Sequence record: AY587007.1
DNA: 64,000 nucleotides
DNA from: Escherichia phage T5
Reading direction: 5' to 3' (one strand)
A program made the translations under genes and the position numbers. Below, one piece after another: positions 50,265 through 60,013 of this stretch (the first letter of the stretch is position 1; each line of letters opens with the position of its first letter). The notes beneath the pieces are model-generated. The model was not told the DNA's origin. It saw nothing but the letters and a program-made list of their open reading frames with translations, and did not search any database.

Positions 50265-50746
50265 TACTTCTTACCTCCAGTAGCTAGGGAAGTAATTAAG
50301 TCCATGTAGTTTTGATCCCCAGCTCCAGCAATAATATTATTCTGGATGTTGGTCTGGTTAGCTGGAGTACGGGCTGCTGCCTTCACTTTCTCCAGTTCTA
50401 CCATCATTTTCATTTCTTCCATTTTCATTTTATGTGCTTTCCAGAGAATATCCATAATATCTTGGTCAGAACCCATGCCAGTTTCTTCCAGTTCCTCTAG
50501 TTTACGCTTGATAACTTCATCCAGAACACCAAATAAACGATCTCTGTTACGGAAACCACTCTCCATAAAAATATCATTTAAGTAGTTCTTAACTTCACTA
50601 CGATTCATAATATCTCGAAAAGCAATTTCGGACATTCCAAGACTACGTGCGGCAGAAGGCACGTCGCTGCCACACTGTAAATAAGCTTCAATCACATCCA
50701 TCCCTTCAGGGGACATAAGATCTGGTACTAATACATCATTTGCCAT
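50264..50746 (-). CDS. terminase small subunit (HTH)
   Basis: 160 aa immediately upstream of the large subunit with overlapping stop/start; helix-turn-helix-like [15 protein letters not shown]. Confidence 0.5.
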
Positions 50747-50756
50747 ATTTCCTCCT

Positions 50757-52679
50757 TTAGGTAAGGCGTTGAATTATAAGTTTAATATTAGGTAAGCATG
50801 CTTTCATGCCAATTATATTACTCATGGAAGAATCTAACCAAATAGAGATATTATTATTTCCATCATTTCTCATATAGTAAGTTAGAGTATAGTATCCTGT
50901 TTGCCCAACAGATCCAGGCAACCCAGATACCCAATATGGTGTTGGATTATACGCAGCAGCCTGCAATTTACAAGCGTTTACAACTGTACCTTTTATAGTA
51001 AAGAATGGAACGTATTCTCCGGCTGGTAGAGATAGTATTTGATGCAGTTTTTTATTTATGGTATTCCCCCCTATCCTAAATCTACTATCACCGTATTCTG
51101 CCCCTTGGGATAACATTTCTGTAGGATTGAAGCAACCAATACCGCCTGCGGATAGCCATGTATCATCTATAAACTCCATAGTACATACAATAGCACCATT
51201 TCTACTGCTATTAAGATCTAACCCCACAGTACCAACATGTACAGATCCATTACCCTGGAATACTATGTTTCCAGATAATATAGTGCTACCACTACCTCCC
51301 AGGAGTCTTAATGGTAATAAATTCTCACTCCAAACGTCGCCATAGTTATTACCTATTTTTGGTGGATTACTAGATACATACCAAGATGCTGAAGGTAAAA
51401 AATTATAAATACTAACAACATTAGCATGTAAGCCACCAACATTACCACCTTTAATACTAGGAGCATTATTGCTCTCTGTGGTTGGTAGCCCAAATGTTGC
51501 TATACCTGATATTCCTGTTGAGGGAGAATCTTTACTTAGATTACAACCAACATCACGAAAATCAGCTCTGTTACCAACGTTGAAATTTTTCTCTATAAAA
51601 TTAATAAATTTCCAAGATGTATTATTAACATTAACCCCTTTAATAATAAATTCTCTTGGGCTGAGCTTAATGTCATTACCGTTAAATAACCCACCGTCTA
51701 TATTATACCCAGAACCATTGTATACTAGGTTAGTAACATACCATGTAATTTTAGATGGATAAATGCCTAAATGTTCGCTGTAGATACCTATAGGTCCATT
51801 GGCAGAATCATTAGGATCTCCCATACTTTCCCAGTAAGCATAGTTAGTAGGATCAGCACGTGCGAAACCTACGGAATACTTTGGTGATTCTGGATTACTG
51901 GGGTTATACGTAAAGTTAAGGGCTCCAGAGCTCGAAGCTCCCTGCACAGCCCCACCGGTAGTATAGTTTGGTCCTTCCATACCATAAAGAACCCTATTAC
52001 AAGACCTACCACGAACGTATATAGCATTAAAACCAAAGTTCCTAGCTCCTGGGTGTCTAACATAATCACTAGGGATAGTTAAGGTTCCTGCATCAGCCAC
52101 CACATAACCGGAACCACTCCACGCAGATTTGTAAAGAGCAGCACCACCTAAGTACATTGCACTTGATGCAAACCCCCTTCTCCCACTAAAAGCACCGAAC
52201 ATATGTTGACATCCTGTGCCATCTCTTAACTTTTGTGGTATAGTGCCACTAGTACCCGTATTAAAATAACCTACATCAAGTGAAAGATCGGCACTAGCTG
52301 TTATTTGTGTTTTTAATCCACCCTGAGACATAATCTGAGGATTTATAATACCATAGGCTTTTGCACCTACTCCCATAGACATGCCAGATAGCATATGTCT
52401 AGAGCCATCAGAAAACTCAATCTCTGTTAATACAACTCTATTAGGGTCATTATTATGTAGCTGTGTAACTCTACTAGGCATTTCAGACCAGTAATAGTCA
52501 CCAGCCCCCTGATCCAATCTTAATCCAGTAGAATGAGTTTCCGTTATAATTACGTGCGACATATCTGAATGAAAGATGGTTTGGGAATCAGGGTTGATAT
52601 GTTGGTTAGTATCTCCACCACTACCCCTTCGCAGTGAGAGTATAGATTTGTTATTTAGCTTGCCAGCGAAAAAACTCAT
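50757..52679 (-). CDS. oad: receptor-binding tail protein (pb5-like)
   Basis: 640 aa Gly/Ser/Asn-rich beta protein, divergently paired with a small lipoprotein gene as described for T5 oad/llp. Confidence 0.6.
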
Positions 52680-52697
52680 AAGTTCTCCAAAAATTTA

Positions 52698-52727
52698 GTT
52701 GCTTATACTGCCATAATTCTGTATAAT
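52698..52727 (+). promoter_or_regulatory. sigma70-type early promoter for llp (TTGCTT, 18 bp, TGTATAAT)
   Basis: TTGCTT 52698-52703, TATAAT 52722-52727, then AGTATTATAAATTAAATAGGGGAG and ATG 52759. Confidence 0.55.
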
Positions 52728-52758
52728 AGTATTATAAATTAAATAGGGGAGAATGTAA

Positions 52759-52992
52759 ATGAAAAAATTATTTTTAGCTATGGCAGTGGTACTTCTTTCG
52801 GCTTGCTCTACTTTTGGACCTAAAGATATTAAATGTGAGGCATACTATATGCAGGATCATGTGAAATATAAGGCTAATGTTTTTGATAGGAAAGGGGATA
52901 TGTTTTTGGTGTCACCAATTATGGCCTATGGATCTTTCTGGGCCCCCGTAAGCTACTTTACCGAAGGAAATACATGCGAGGGAGTTTTCTAA
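52759..52992 (+). CDS. llp: lipoprotein, Llp-like (receptor-blocking lytic conversion protein)
   Basis: 77 aa; signal peptide with lipobox LLSAC; divergent from the receptor-binding protein gene. Confidence 0.7.
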   Translation: MKKLFLAMAVVLLSACSTFGPKDIKCEAYYMQDHVKYKANVFDRKGDMFLVSPIMAYGSFWAPVSYFTEGNTCEGVF

Positions 52993-53155
52993 GTAAAAAC
53001 CACCTTAGTAACCATCACCACTTAAGATGAACCTAGTGCAGAATTAGTTCAGGATACCACACAAGACACTATGGAAGGTGTGATGGGAATATTTACACTA
53101 ATCACTGCAATTGCTAGAGTATTTTAAATACCACACTTATAGGAGCATGAAAGAT

Positions 53156-53284
53156 ATGTCAAACAAAAGAAAGAGCAGACGTGGAGAAGTGTACGATAGC
53201 TGGATTAATAGCTTTGGATTAGGAACTATTTTATTCTTTATTTTCGTAGGTTTTTGGTTAGCAGCTATGGCGGGGTGGATTTAA
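53156..53284 (+). CDS. small membrane peptide (42 aa)
   Basis: Below track threshold; ATG 53156 with AGGAG 10 nt upstream; MSNKRKSRRGEVYDSWINSFGLGTILFFIFVGFWLAAMAGWI has one predicted TM helix; stop overlaps the next start (TAATG). Confidence 0.35.
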   Translation: MSNKRKSRRGEVYDSWINSFGLGTILFFIFVGFWLAAMAGWI

Positions 53285-53391
53285 TGGAATGGGTAATTAT
53301 TGCGTTGCTAGGGGTTGTGATTATTGGACAATGTATTTTAGATAATCACTTAGCTAGAATTGAAACTTTATTAACGGAGAAGCGTAAATGA
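53284..53391 (+). CDS. small membrane peptide (35 aa)
   Basis: MEWVIIALLGVVIIGQCILDNHLARIETLLTEKRK; N-terminal TM helix; ATGA overlap with the next ORF. Confidence 0.35.
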   Translation: MEWVIIALLGVVIIGQCILDNHLARIETLLTEKRK

Positions 53392-53582
53392 TGGAAGTAG
53401 TAGCTATAATAACAGTAATACTAGTCTGGGCAATTTTCATTGCTTCTTGCACCGTGTACGTTCGCCTAAAAACTCTAGAAGCTCAAGTAAAACAACAACA
53501 ATTTGCTATAGAAAAATTAGTAGAACTCCAACGTTGTGATAGCATTCGTATTCTGCAAATTGAGAGGGAATTAGATGTTTAG
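53388..53582 (+). CDS. small membrane protein (64 aa)
   Basis: Track ORF; N-terminal TM helix VVAIITVILVWAIFIASCTV followed by a coiled-coil-like tail. Confidence 0.45.
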   Translation: MMEVVAIITVILVWAIFIASCTVYVRLKTLEAQVKQQQFAIEKLVELQRCDSIRILQIERELDV

Positions 53583-53820
53583 CATTATAGTTGCTTTTAT
53601 TATCGGAATAATCGCGGGAGTTTTCGGAATGACTGCGGCTATTAACAAGCATCGTAAATACATTGCGGAAGTATCGCGGGAGATTGCGGAAAGGGAGCGG
53701 AAGTTTGACGAAAAACGTGCGGAGTTTGAGCGGGAGTGGTCGGACGGTTCTCGGGCGTCGCGGAAGAGATTCCGTGAGTTCAGACCAAAATACGGAGTTG
53801 ATGACCATTCTATGCGCTAA
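53575..53820 (+). CDS. small membrane protein (81 aa)
   Basis: Track ORF; N-terminal TM helix IIVAFIIGIIAGVFGMTAAI followed by a charged Arg/Glu-rich tail. Confidence 0.45.
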   Translation: MFSIIVAFIIGIIAGVFGMTAAINKHRKYIAEVSREIAERERKFDEKRAEFEREWSDGSRASRKRFREFRPKYGVDDHSMR

Positions 53821-53930
53821 TTGGGAAATCTCGAAATTTCATAAGATTACACATGAAGGTGTGTCCACTGCCTCCGGCGAAAATACTTAGTCTGCTAACC
53901 GCCACCCCCGTTACTATTACCATGCTAACT

Positions 53931-53967
53931 GTTTCACCCTGCAACCATTTTAATTGCAGGGTGAAAC
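53931..53967. other. stable hairpin (14-bp perfect stem) between convergent genes
   Basis: GTTTCACCCTGCAA / TTGCAGGGTGAAAC with 9-nt loop; no U-tract on either strand. Confidence 0.5.
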
Positions 53968-53984
53968 AATTTCAACTTTAATTA

Positions 53985-54719
53985 TTACGCAACTTTTAAT
54001 TTCTCAATATATTGTTGCGGGCTGCAACTATATTCTGCGCGTTCTTCTTCGGTCATACCTTCCCAACATAATTGCAGGCGGTCGGCTAGGAACTGATAAT
54101 CATTATCATCCTCAAGAGATTCATCAATAAAGGTTTCACCTATCAATGTCACGCCGATTGATAGAATATCATTAACGGCTTGTGCGTCCAGCGTTTTAAA
54201 TCCGTATGACGCTGCCGCTGATAGCACGCCTTTATGATCATCAATCATTGTAAAATCAGCGTTCGGATATAATTGTTTGAATAGCCCAAAATAGTAACTT
54301 TTATAAACTGCGTCTTTGCTGTGGTATATCTCGCTAACTTTATCAGCCTCAAAATATTTGTGTAGTGTATCGCGGGAAAATACACGGATATTACTATCAC
54401 CACGACCGCGCAACCCTTGTTTACGCAAATAATAATAGTCCGACTTGCTCATTAGTCGAGCGGTGCAAATAATGTTTAAAGTATTTGCGTCATTCATGCA
54501 CTGGCGCATATATGTAACAAGGGGCAATAGTGTATCTTGCATTATTAAATCATGTTTGCAGGCTTCATTTTTATACTTATTTAAATCTAAATTGCCCTCG
54601 CTATCAAAGCAAGGCGCTACACGATGAAACGAATTAATGATAGTGCCGTCCAGATCCCAAATCATGACGCGGGAAATATGCGGGAAATTACGGGTAATAT
54701 TCGTTTTAACTTGATTCAT
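53985..54719 (-). CDS. dmp: HAD-family 5'-deoxyribonucleotidase (Dmp-like)
   Basis: 244 aa; HAD motif I IWDLDGTII near the N-terminus; first gene of the minus-strand pre-early block. Confidence 0.7.
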   Translation of the reverse strand: MNQVKTNITRNFPHISRVMIWDLDGTIINSFHRVAPCFDSEGNLDLNKYKNEACKHDLIMQDTLLPLVTYMRQCMNDANTLNIICTARLMSKSDYYYLRKQGLRGRGDSNIRVFSRDTLHKYFEADKVSEIYHSKDAVYKSYYFGLFKQLYPNADFTMIDDHKGVLSAAASYGFKTLDAQAVNDILSIGVTLIGETFIDESLEDDNDYQFLADRLQLCWEGMTEEERAEYSCSPQQYIEKLKVA

Positions 54720-54799
54720 TTTGTTACGTTCTCCATTTGAGGGATTAGATTAATTCAGCATTACCCGCTATTAAATAGCGGGTAATAATAAATTAACTA

Positions 54800-55195
54800 T
54801 TAAAGGCCATACGCTAGCGCATCAGCGATAAAACTAACATCCTCGCCCGATACGCTGGAACGAATGCCAGCGCATGTATACACCTTTGCGCTCATTAGCT
54901 GATCATCAAGGCAAGCGGGGCAAGGTGCGACTACTGCGAAAGCTAAACCGGATTTTACCGCGTCAATAATGATTGTTTCCTGTTTCATAGTGTCAACATA
55001 AACACCTTTTGCTTTAATATGGCTTGTTAGTTTGCCCTGCATATATGCAAACGTTGTAACTTGCATCGCGTCATTGAAATCTAATAGCTCATCAATAACG
55101 TGACCGGCCTCGACGTGATAACGCTGACCATTAGAATAAACCAGAACAATAGAAGACTGAGCGCGATCGAATGGGATACGGTTAGATTTAGCCAT
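54800..55195 (-). CDS. hypothetical pre-early protein
   Basis: 131 aa; contains a PCPAC motif but no convincing family assignment. Confidence 0.45.
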   Translation of the reverse strand: MAKSNRIPFDRAQSSIVLVYSNGQRYHVEAGHVIDELLDFNDAMQVTTFAYMQGKLTSHIKAKGVYVDTMKQETIIIDAVKSGLAFAVVAPCPACLDDQLMSAKVYTCAGIRSSVSGEDVSFIADALAYGL

Positions 55196-55231
55196 GTTTA
55201 TAACTCCAATTAGTTTAATAAGGGATTTAAT

Positions 55232-55510
55232 TTATTTGCTAGCTTCAAGACTTACAACAAAAGCGAGATTTGTTTCTTTCCATACGTCAGGAATATCATT
55301 TTCCTGTAAATGGTCTTTCGCTTCATACTCATTTTCAAAAGAATAAAAATCGCCGGACTCAATTATATAAATATGCCCGTTTAGTTCATTTTGATAAATA
55401 TAACAATTATTATCTTTTAAATTGCGGTATACAGTACCATGCCGTAAAACATCAAGCGACCATGTATCAGCGGTGTTTTTCATGCTGGGAAGATTAATTT
55501 TAATAGCCAT
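55232..55510 (-). CDS. hypothetical pre-early protein
   Basis: 92 aa between the A1-like and 131-aa genes. Confidence 0.4.
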   Translation of the reverse strand: MAIKINLPSMKNTADTWSLDVLRHGTVYRNLKDNNCYIYQNELNGHIYIIESGDFYSFENEYEAKDHLQENDIPDVWKETNLAFVVSLEASK

Positions 55511-55566
55511 TTAATTTAGCTCCTGTAATAGCGGCTATATCTCAAGCCGCTAGGGGAATAATTTAA

Positions 55567-57150
55567 TTACGCAAAGAATTTACCATTCTTAAAGTCAATC
55601 AAAGTGCGTTGACCGTTTGCATAGGTAATAATATGCGTTTGAGTCCAGCTAGACGCGCCAACGTTGTAACCCATGTCCAGACTACCAGTCACGCCAGCGG
55701 TATAAACGCCGCCGTAAATGCTGGCGGTGTGGGTGTGTCCGGTGTTTAATTTGCCCAATTTCTTAAACTGTTTCGGGTTGCCACGGCTCCCGTTAATGCC
55801 GTTGTGACCGTGTACGCCGCATTCAATGCCTGCAATCTTGAAAGATTGGTCAGTGGTCAGGAAAATGGCGTTAAATTCACAGCCTGCAACCTTGCGCAGC
55901 GCATAATCAAGCACGTTAAAAGTATCGTCTTTTTCTGCAATAGCTCCATAAATCGCAGCATTCAGGCGGTGATATAGTTCCGCGTTTGCTGGGTCGTCTT
56001 TAATGTTAGCATTACGATCATCTAACCAGCGGGATAGCGCCAGATCATGATTAGATTCAACAATGATTGTTTGAGAAAAATCACGCTCCATTGATTCCAG
56101 TACGCGCCCCGTATCGATAAGATCATCTAATACCTTATCACGTCCGGCGGCATATTGTTTCGCTAGGAATACGCCAGATGCGCGGTTGTGATGGTTGCGT
56201 GATGTAAAATCATGCACGTCGTGTACAAACTGATATTTTGGTTTAAGAATATCAACAAGCCCGTAGGTGTCACCATGCCCCCAAGACGCAGCGGCGCACT
56301 CCTCATCTAATTTTTCAGCGTGAATGTCGCCATATTGTAAACCTAAAACGTGCCCCGTTGTTTCATAACATCCGGCAGGAGTGGCGCAAGTATTCAAATC
56401 ATAAAACACGCCGCTCTCGTCCATCGTTTCAAGCTGGCGCACAAAAAACTCACCGTCCTCGTCAAACTCAACAATAAGCGCACCGAAGTTATGCAGCGCC
56501 TCGGCCTTTTGTCCTGCTTTCTGCTGGATGTAATTTTTTAGCGTTGCCGTTCCGGTTGAATACATACGGCGCACAATTTCACCTTTTAAAGCTGGCACGC
56601 TTTCGGCGGTGATTTTAGCCGCTCCAATTGCTAGACCTTCAAGATTCAGCGCGGTTGCAGTTTCAGCGAATCCAGAAAGCGGATAATCTGCGGTGGGTAA
56701 AACGTTAATTTCAGCCATGAAAGCAAATCGGCGATTATTTAAAAACACGTTTTTATTGCAGATATATTTGTCAAATGCGGAATCGTATCTGATACCGTCG
56801 GCGCCCTCGCCATTTTGAAAACCGTTTTTGTTATAGATAAACTTGCTAACCAGCAAATCAGCGCCGATAAATTGGGCGTATTGTTCAAGTGAGGCTAAAA
56901 AGTTTTTATGCGGGAACGTATTATTCTGAATCGATGTAATAATAAAGCGTTTACCTTGTTTTACTTCCCATTGCTCAACCGTGCTAGAAACAATCCCCGC
57001 CGCTTCTGGGCGCTCATCGTTTTTAATGGCTTTTGCTACTTTCGCCGCTTTCGGTTTCGCTGGTTTATTTGCTTCCAGCCAGTCACAAATTGCGGTAGAG
57101 TGTTTTGTTGTATCGTAAACCATTTTTGAAATATCGTCGCAAACTTCCAT
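55567..57150 (-). CDS. A1: metallophosphoesterase-family pre-early protein (A1-like)
   Basis: 527 aa from ATG 57150; phosphoesterase motifs GDIHAE, ESNHD, GVHGHNG, TGHTHTAS; an upstream ORF with a good RBS overlaps in another frame (see findings). Confidence 0.75.
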   Translation of the reverse strand: MEVCDDISKMVYDTTKHSTAICDWLEANKPAKPKAAKVAKAIKNDERPEAAGIVSSTVEQWEVKQGKRFIITSIQNNTFPHKNFLASLEQYAQFIGADLLVSKFIYNKNGFQNGEGADGIRYDSAFDKYICNKNVFLNNRRFAFMAEINVLPTADYPLSGFAETATALNLEGLAIGAAKITAESVPALKGEIVRRMYSTGTATLKNYIQQKAGQKAEALHNFGALIVEFDEDGEFFVRQLETMDESGVFYDLNTCATPAGCYETTGHVLGLQYGDIHAEKLDEECAAASWGHGDTYGLVDILKPKYQFVHDVHDFTSRNHHNRASGVFLAKQYAAGRDKVLDDLIDTGRVLESMERDFSQTIIVESNHDLALSRWLDDRNANIKDDPANAELYHRLNAAIYGAIAEKDDTFNVLDYALRKVAGCEFNAIFLTTDQSFKIAGIECGVHGHNGINGSRGNPKQFKKLGKLNTGHTHTASIYGGVYTAGVTGSLDMGYNVGASSWTQTHIITYANGQRTLIDFKNGKFFA

Positions 57151-57277
57151 TTAGTAGCGCGCAGACGTTTACCGTAGAAATTAAAGTCAGCGGCCATTTT
57201 CAGGATAACGGTTTGTTTTTCTGCGGAAATAACCATAATAATAAAACTCCATTAAAGGGATTAAAAAACGTTTGTTA

Positions 57278-57293
57278 TTGGCAATATTGCCAA
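57278..57293. promoter_or_regulatory. perfect 16-bp palindrome TTGGCAATATTGCCAA (operator-like)
   Basis: Exact inverted repeat read directly, in the intergenic region upstream of the A1-like gene. Confidence 0.4.
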
Positions 57294-57332
57294 ATATAAC
57301 GCCTTGAATAATAGGCGTTATAATTTGCAACA

Positions 57333-57530
57333 TTAATTTAAAGGCATAAGGCTAGAACTAACACCACAAGCAACGGCGGCAATAAAACAAATCAGACCTA
57401 AACGCTTTGCTAACTTAGATTTACGTTTAAAATAATACGAATCTAAATCATTTTGAAAATAAGCGAACAATAACGAGGCCGCCATAATAAACAAGCCTAG
57501 AATGAGGGATTCAGTAGGGTAAAAGATCAT
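57333..57530 (-). CDS. small membrane protein
   Basis: 65 aa with two hydrophobic segments (LILGLFIMAASLLFAYF and LGLICFIAAVACGVSSSL). Confidence 0.4.
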   Translation of the reverse strand: MIFYPTESLILGLFIMAASLLFAYFQNDLDSYYFKRKSKLAKRLGLICFIAAVACGVSSSLMPLN

Positions 57531-57586
57531 TTTAAAACTCCAGTCAAAGGGAAATTATAGTGGGGAATATTCCCCACTAATTAAAT

Positions 57587-57994
57587 TTATTCGCCTGCGG
57601 CTTGTTTTACTTCATCGGCAACGCCTAACAGTTGCGCCACGGCGTCCAGCGTTTCCAATTTTGCACTTTCCAGTGATGCCAGATCGTCAGCGTCTTTGAT
57701 AATACCGGAATCGATGGCATGTTTTGCAATCACACGCACGTAGTGCGCTTTGCGGATAGAACTGCCGCCGCCAACCTTGCGAGGTTTATCGCTTTTCTGA
57801 TACGCTTTCGCGCTGGTCAATTTTGAGCGAACAGACACGGGAGAAGCCGCGCCAACTGCTTTTGCAATCTCTTTTAAACCGTCGCTATTTGCGAAATCTA
57901 AACCGTTTTCATTAATTAACTGCTGGTACATGGAAACAGCTTTCTGAGTGTTTTCTTCATTCCAAGCGAATTTTGCGGTTTTAGCGTTAGTCAT
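57587..57994 (-). CDS. A2: A2-like DNA-binding pre-early protein
   Basis: 135 aa directly upstream of the A1-like gene; motif SPVSVRSKLTSAKAYQK resembles the repeats in ORFs 6493-6903 and 9629-10396. Confidence 0.5.
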   Translation of the reverse strand: MTNAKTAKFAWNEENTQKAVSMYQQLINENGLDFANSDGLKEIAKAVGAASPVSVRSKLTSAKAYQKSDKPRKVGGGSSIRKAHYVRVIAKHAIDSGIIKDADDLASLESAKLETLDAVAQLLGVADEVKQAAGE

Positions 57995-58089
57995 GATGTA
58001 ACTCCTGTTTATTTAATTTAAGGGATAAGATTAACATAATGTTAATCGTTATATCCCCCGAACTACTGGGGGATATAAAAGTAACACTA

Positions 58090-58341
58090 TTACGCTACGG
58101 CTTCCCATTTTTCGTTACGCTGGGCAACCTTTACAACGTCGCCGGATTTAACCCGAACGTTGTAAACAGTTTTTCCGTTGTTACTCCGTTCCGTTTCAGC
58201 GTATACCGCATCAATTACATCAAACGGCATAAGCGCCGCGCCTTTAATGCGTTCGGTTTTTCCGGTTACCTCATCCGTTTTAGTAACGAAAGGGATAAAA
58301 ACGGATTGACCAATTTTTGGCGCAGTAGTAACGTTTTGCAT
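58090..58341 (-). CDS. hypothetical pre-early protein
   Basis: 83 aa; GGAG about 13 nt upstream of the ATG. Confidence 0.4.
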   Translation of the reverse strand: MQNVTTAPKIGQSVFIPFVTKTDEVTGKTERIKGAALMPFDVIDAVYAETERSNNGKTVYNVRVKSGDVVKVAQRNEKWEAVA

Positions 58342-58574
58342 AATATAAACTCCAGTTTATTAAGGGGGATTGTTCCGCATTACCTGCTGTAAAAGTAGTG
58401 GCAGGTAATAAGCAACAATCCGCTCGCCAATATAATCAATTTAAAGAACTCCACTCAGGCCGCTATATCCCAGTTAGGGGGCGGGACACATTATGGTAAG
58501 TGCCGACCGTCATATTTTATCAAGTTATCGCTCTCATCGAACTGGGTACATCTTAAAGCCTATCGGCTAGGGTG

Positions 58575-58778
58575 TCAAACTATTTTTTGCAGTTTTTTAT
58601 GATTTTCTTTCAAGTCAATCATAATGTTTCGCCAGATCATTTCCAGACCTTGCTGGCGGCCTTTCTTGTACTGCCTAAATCGATATTTTACCGATTGCTG
58701 GGCTATTGTCAACAATTTTTTAGTAGTACCATCTAATTTTTTAGCTGGTTTACCAGTGATCAATAAAGTTTGTTTCAT
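58575..58778 (-). CDS. hypothetical small basic protein
   Basis: 67 aa, Lys/Arg-rich; AAGGA upstream; weak support. Confidence 0.3.
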   Translation of the reverse strand: MKQTLLITGKPAKKLDGTTKKLLTIAQQSVKYRFRQYKKGRQQGLEMIWRNIMIDLKENHKKLQKIV

Positions 58779-59329
58779 ATCGTCGATTCCTTATAATATA
58801 TAAGTTTACCGCCGATAGACTTTAAGATGTACCCAATTTTTAAAGAGCGTGGCGGTAAACTTCCCGCCGTGTAGTTCGTCATTGCCGCCCTACGAGATAA
58901 ATAATAGGGGATACCCAAAAATGGCGCAACCTTATTTTTGTAAAGAAACGTAAAGAAGGCAACACGTCCGGCGCTCACCTAAGTTTAAAGGAAACGGGCG
59001 CGCGAATACCATAAAACCTAGCAGGTTGGCAAGTAATTTTTTCCTTTATATTTGCCTTGCCCTAGTTGACAAATCTTAGAAAGCTCGTGGTGACGATAAA
59101 CGGGTTATCCCCTTATGATGGGATGCCTGAAAAATTTACCGCGTCAGAAAGCGTTTTAGGCGGCTTATTTTCGATTTAACAAATATTTAACAAAAGCAAA
59201 ATTGAAAAATAGTTGGAAAAGATATTGACTTTTAAAAATCAAGACTAAACGAGTTATTTTATAAAATTAATTAATTGACAATTCCAAATTCAGCTTTTTT
59301 AGTTTCTACCCATAATAATAACTCTTGTA

Positions 59330-59714
59330 AATCATAACCTGATTTACTAACACTTTTGTTACTAGTAGGATCTTTAACTATAGCGCGCAAATAGTTTCTT
59401 CCGGTTATTATCAACTCTAGAACCATTATAATAGATATGCTTAGGCAACTTATTAGCACGGTTACGATCATTATGATCGATTGTTAGATTGCTATCAATC
59501 TCACCATTAAATAATACCCATATTATTCTATGCACTGCGTATGTTCGCCTGCTAACTTTACTCGATAGTAACCTGTGTTACTATAATGCCCTGCAATATC
59601 ACCCACCTTACTATTACCTTTCTGTACTTTCCATCTTAGAAATGATGGGGATGTTTCATCATAATAAAAGTTATCATTAGCAAGCGAATAATCTATATCT
59701 TTAAATAGACCCAT
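59330..59714 (-). pseudogene. decayed HNH-type homing endonuclease remnant
   Basis: Track ORF 59523-59714 has a homing-endonuclease-like N-terminus (ETSPSFLRWKV...GYYRVKLAGEH) and stops early; an HNH-like segment (LTIDHNDRN...RVDNNR) continues in another frame at about 59390-59520. Confidence 0.45.
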
Positions 59715-59883
59715 TGTTATAGTTTCCTTATGTTATTAATTTAATCTCTATTATATTATATCAAAACCATTAGCAAACTACCTAATGAGTTTTTCAGGTT
59801 TAATTAGCAGACTCATAATCACTTTAAAATCCTATTAGCCAACTAACTATATTTTGTTATATAATAACTGCATAAATTAGTTA

Positions 59884-60013
59884 GTGAGAAACACTATCAT
59901 TTAAGTTATCCACAGCCTTATACATTTTGTAAATTAACTTGACACAATAGGAAGGCTTTATAGCACTTTTACACAGACTTATCCACAGGTTATTCCACTG
60001 TATAAATATACAG
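59884..60013. repeat. left arm of a ~130-bp inverted repeat pair (two DnaA boxes plus an SOS-box-like palindrome)
   Basis: TTATCCACA at 59906-59914 and 59979-59987; CTGTATAAATATACAG at 59998-60013; outer and inner segments are near-exact reverse complements of 63193-63322. Confidence 0.75.

Noticed and set aside
54800-55195. Cytidine-deaminase-like zinc motif (HVE ... PCPAC)
   Set aside because: The HxE and PCxxC elements are about 73 residues apart, much longer than the canonical spacing; kept as hypothetical.
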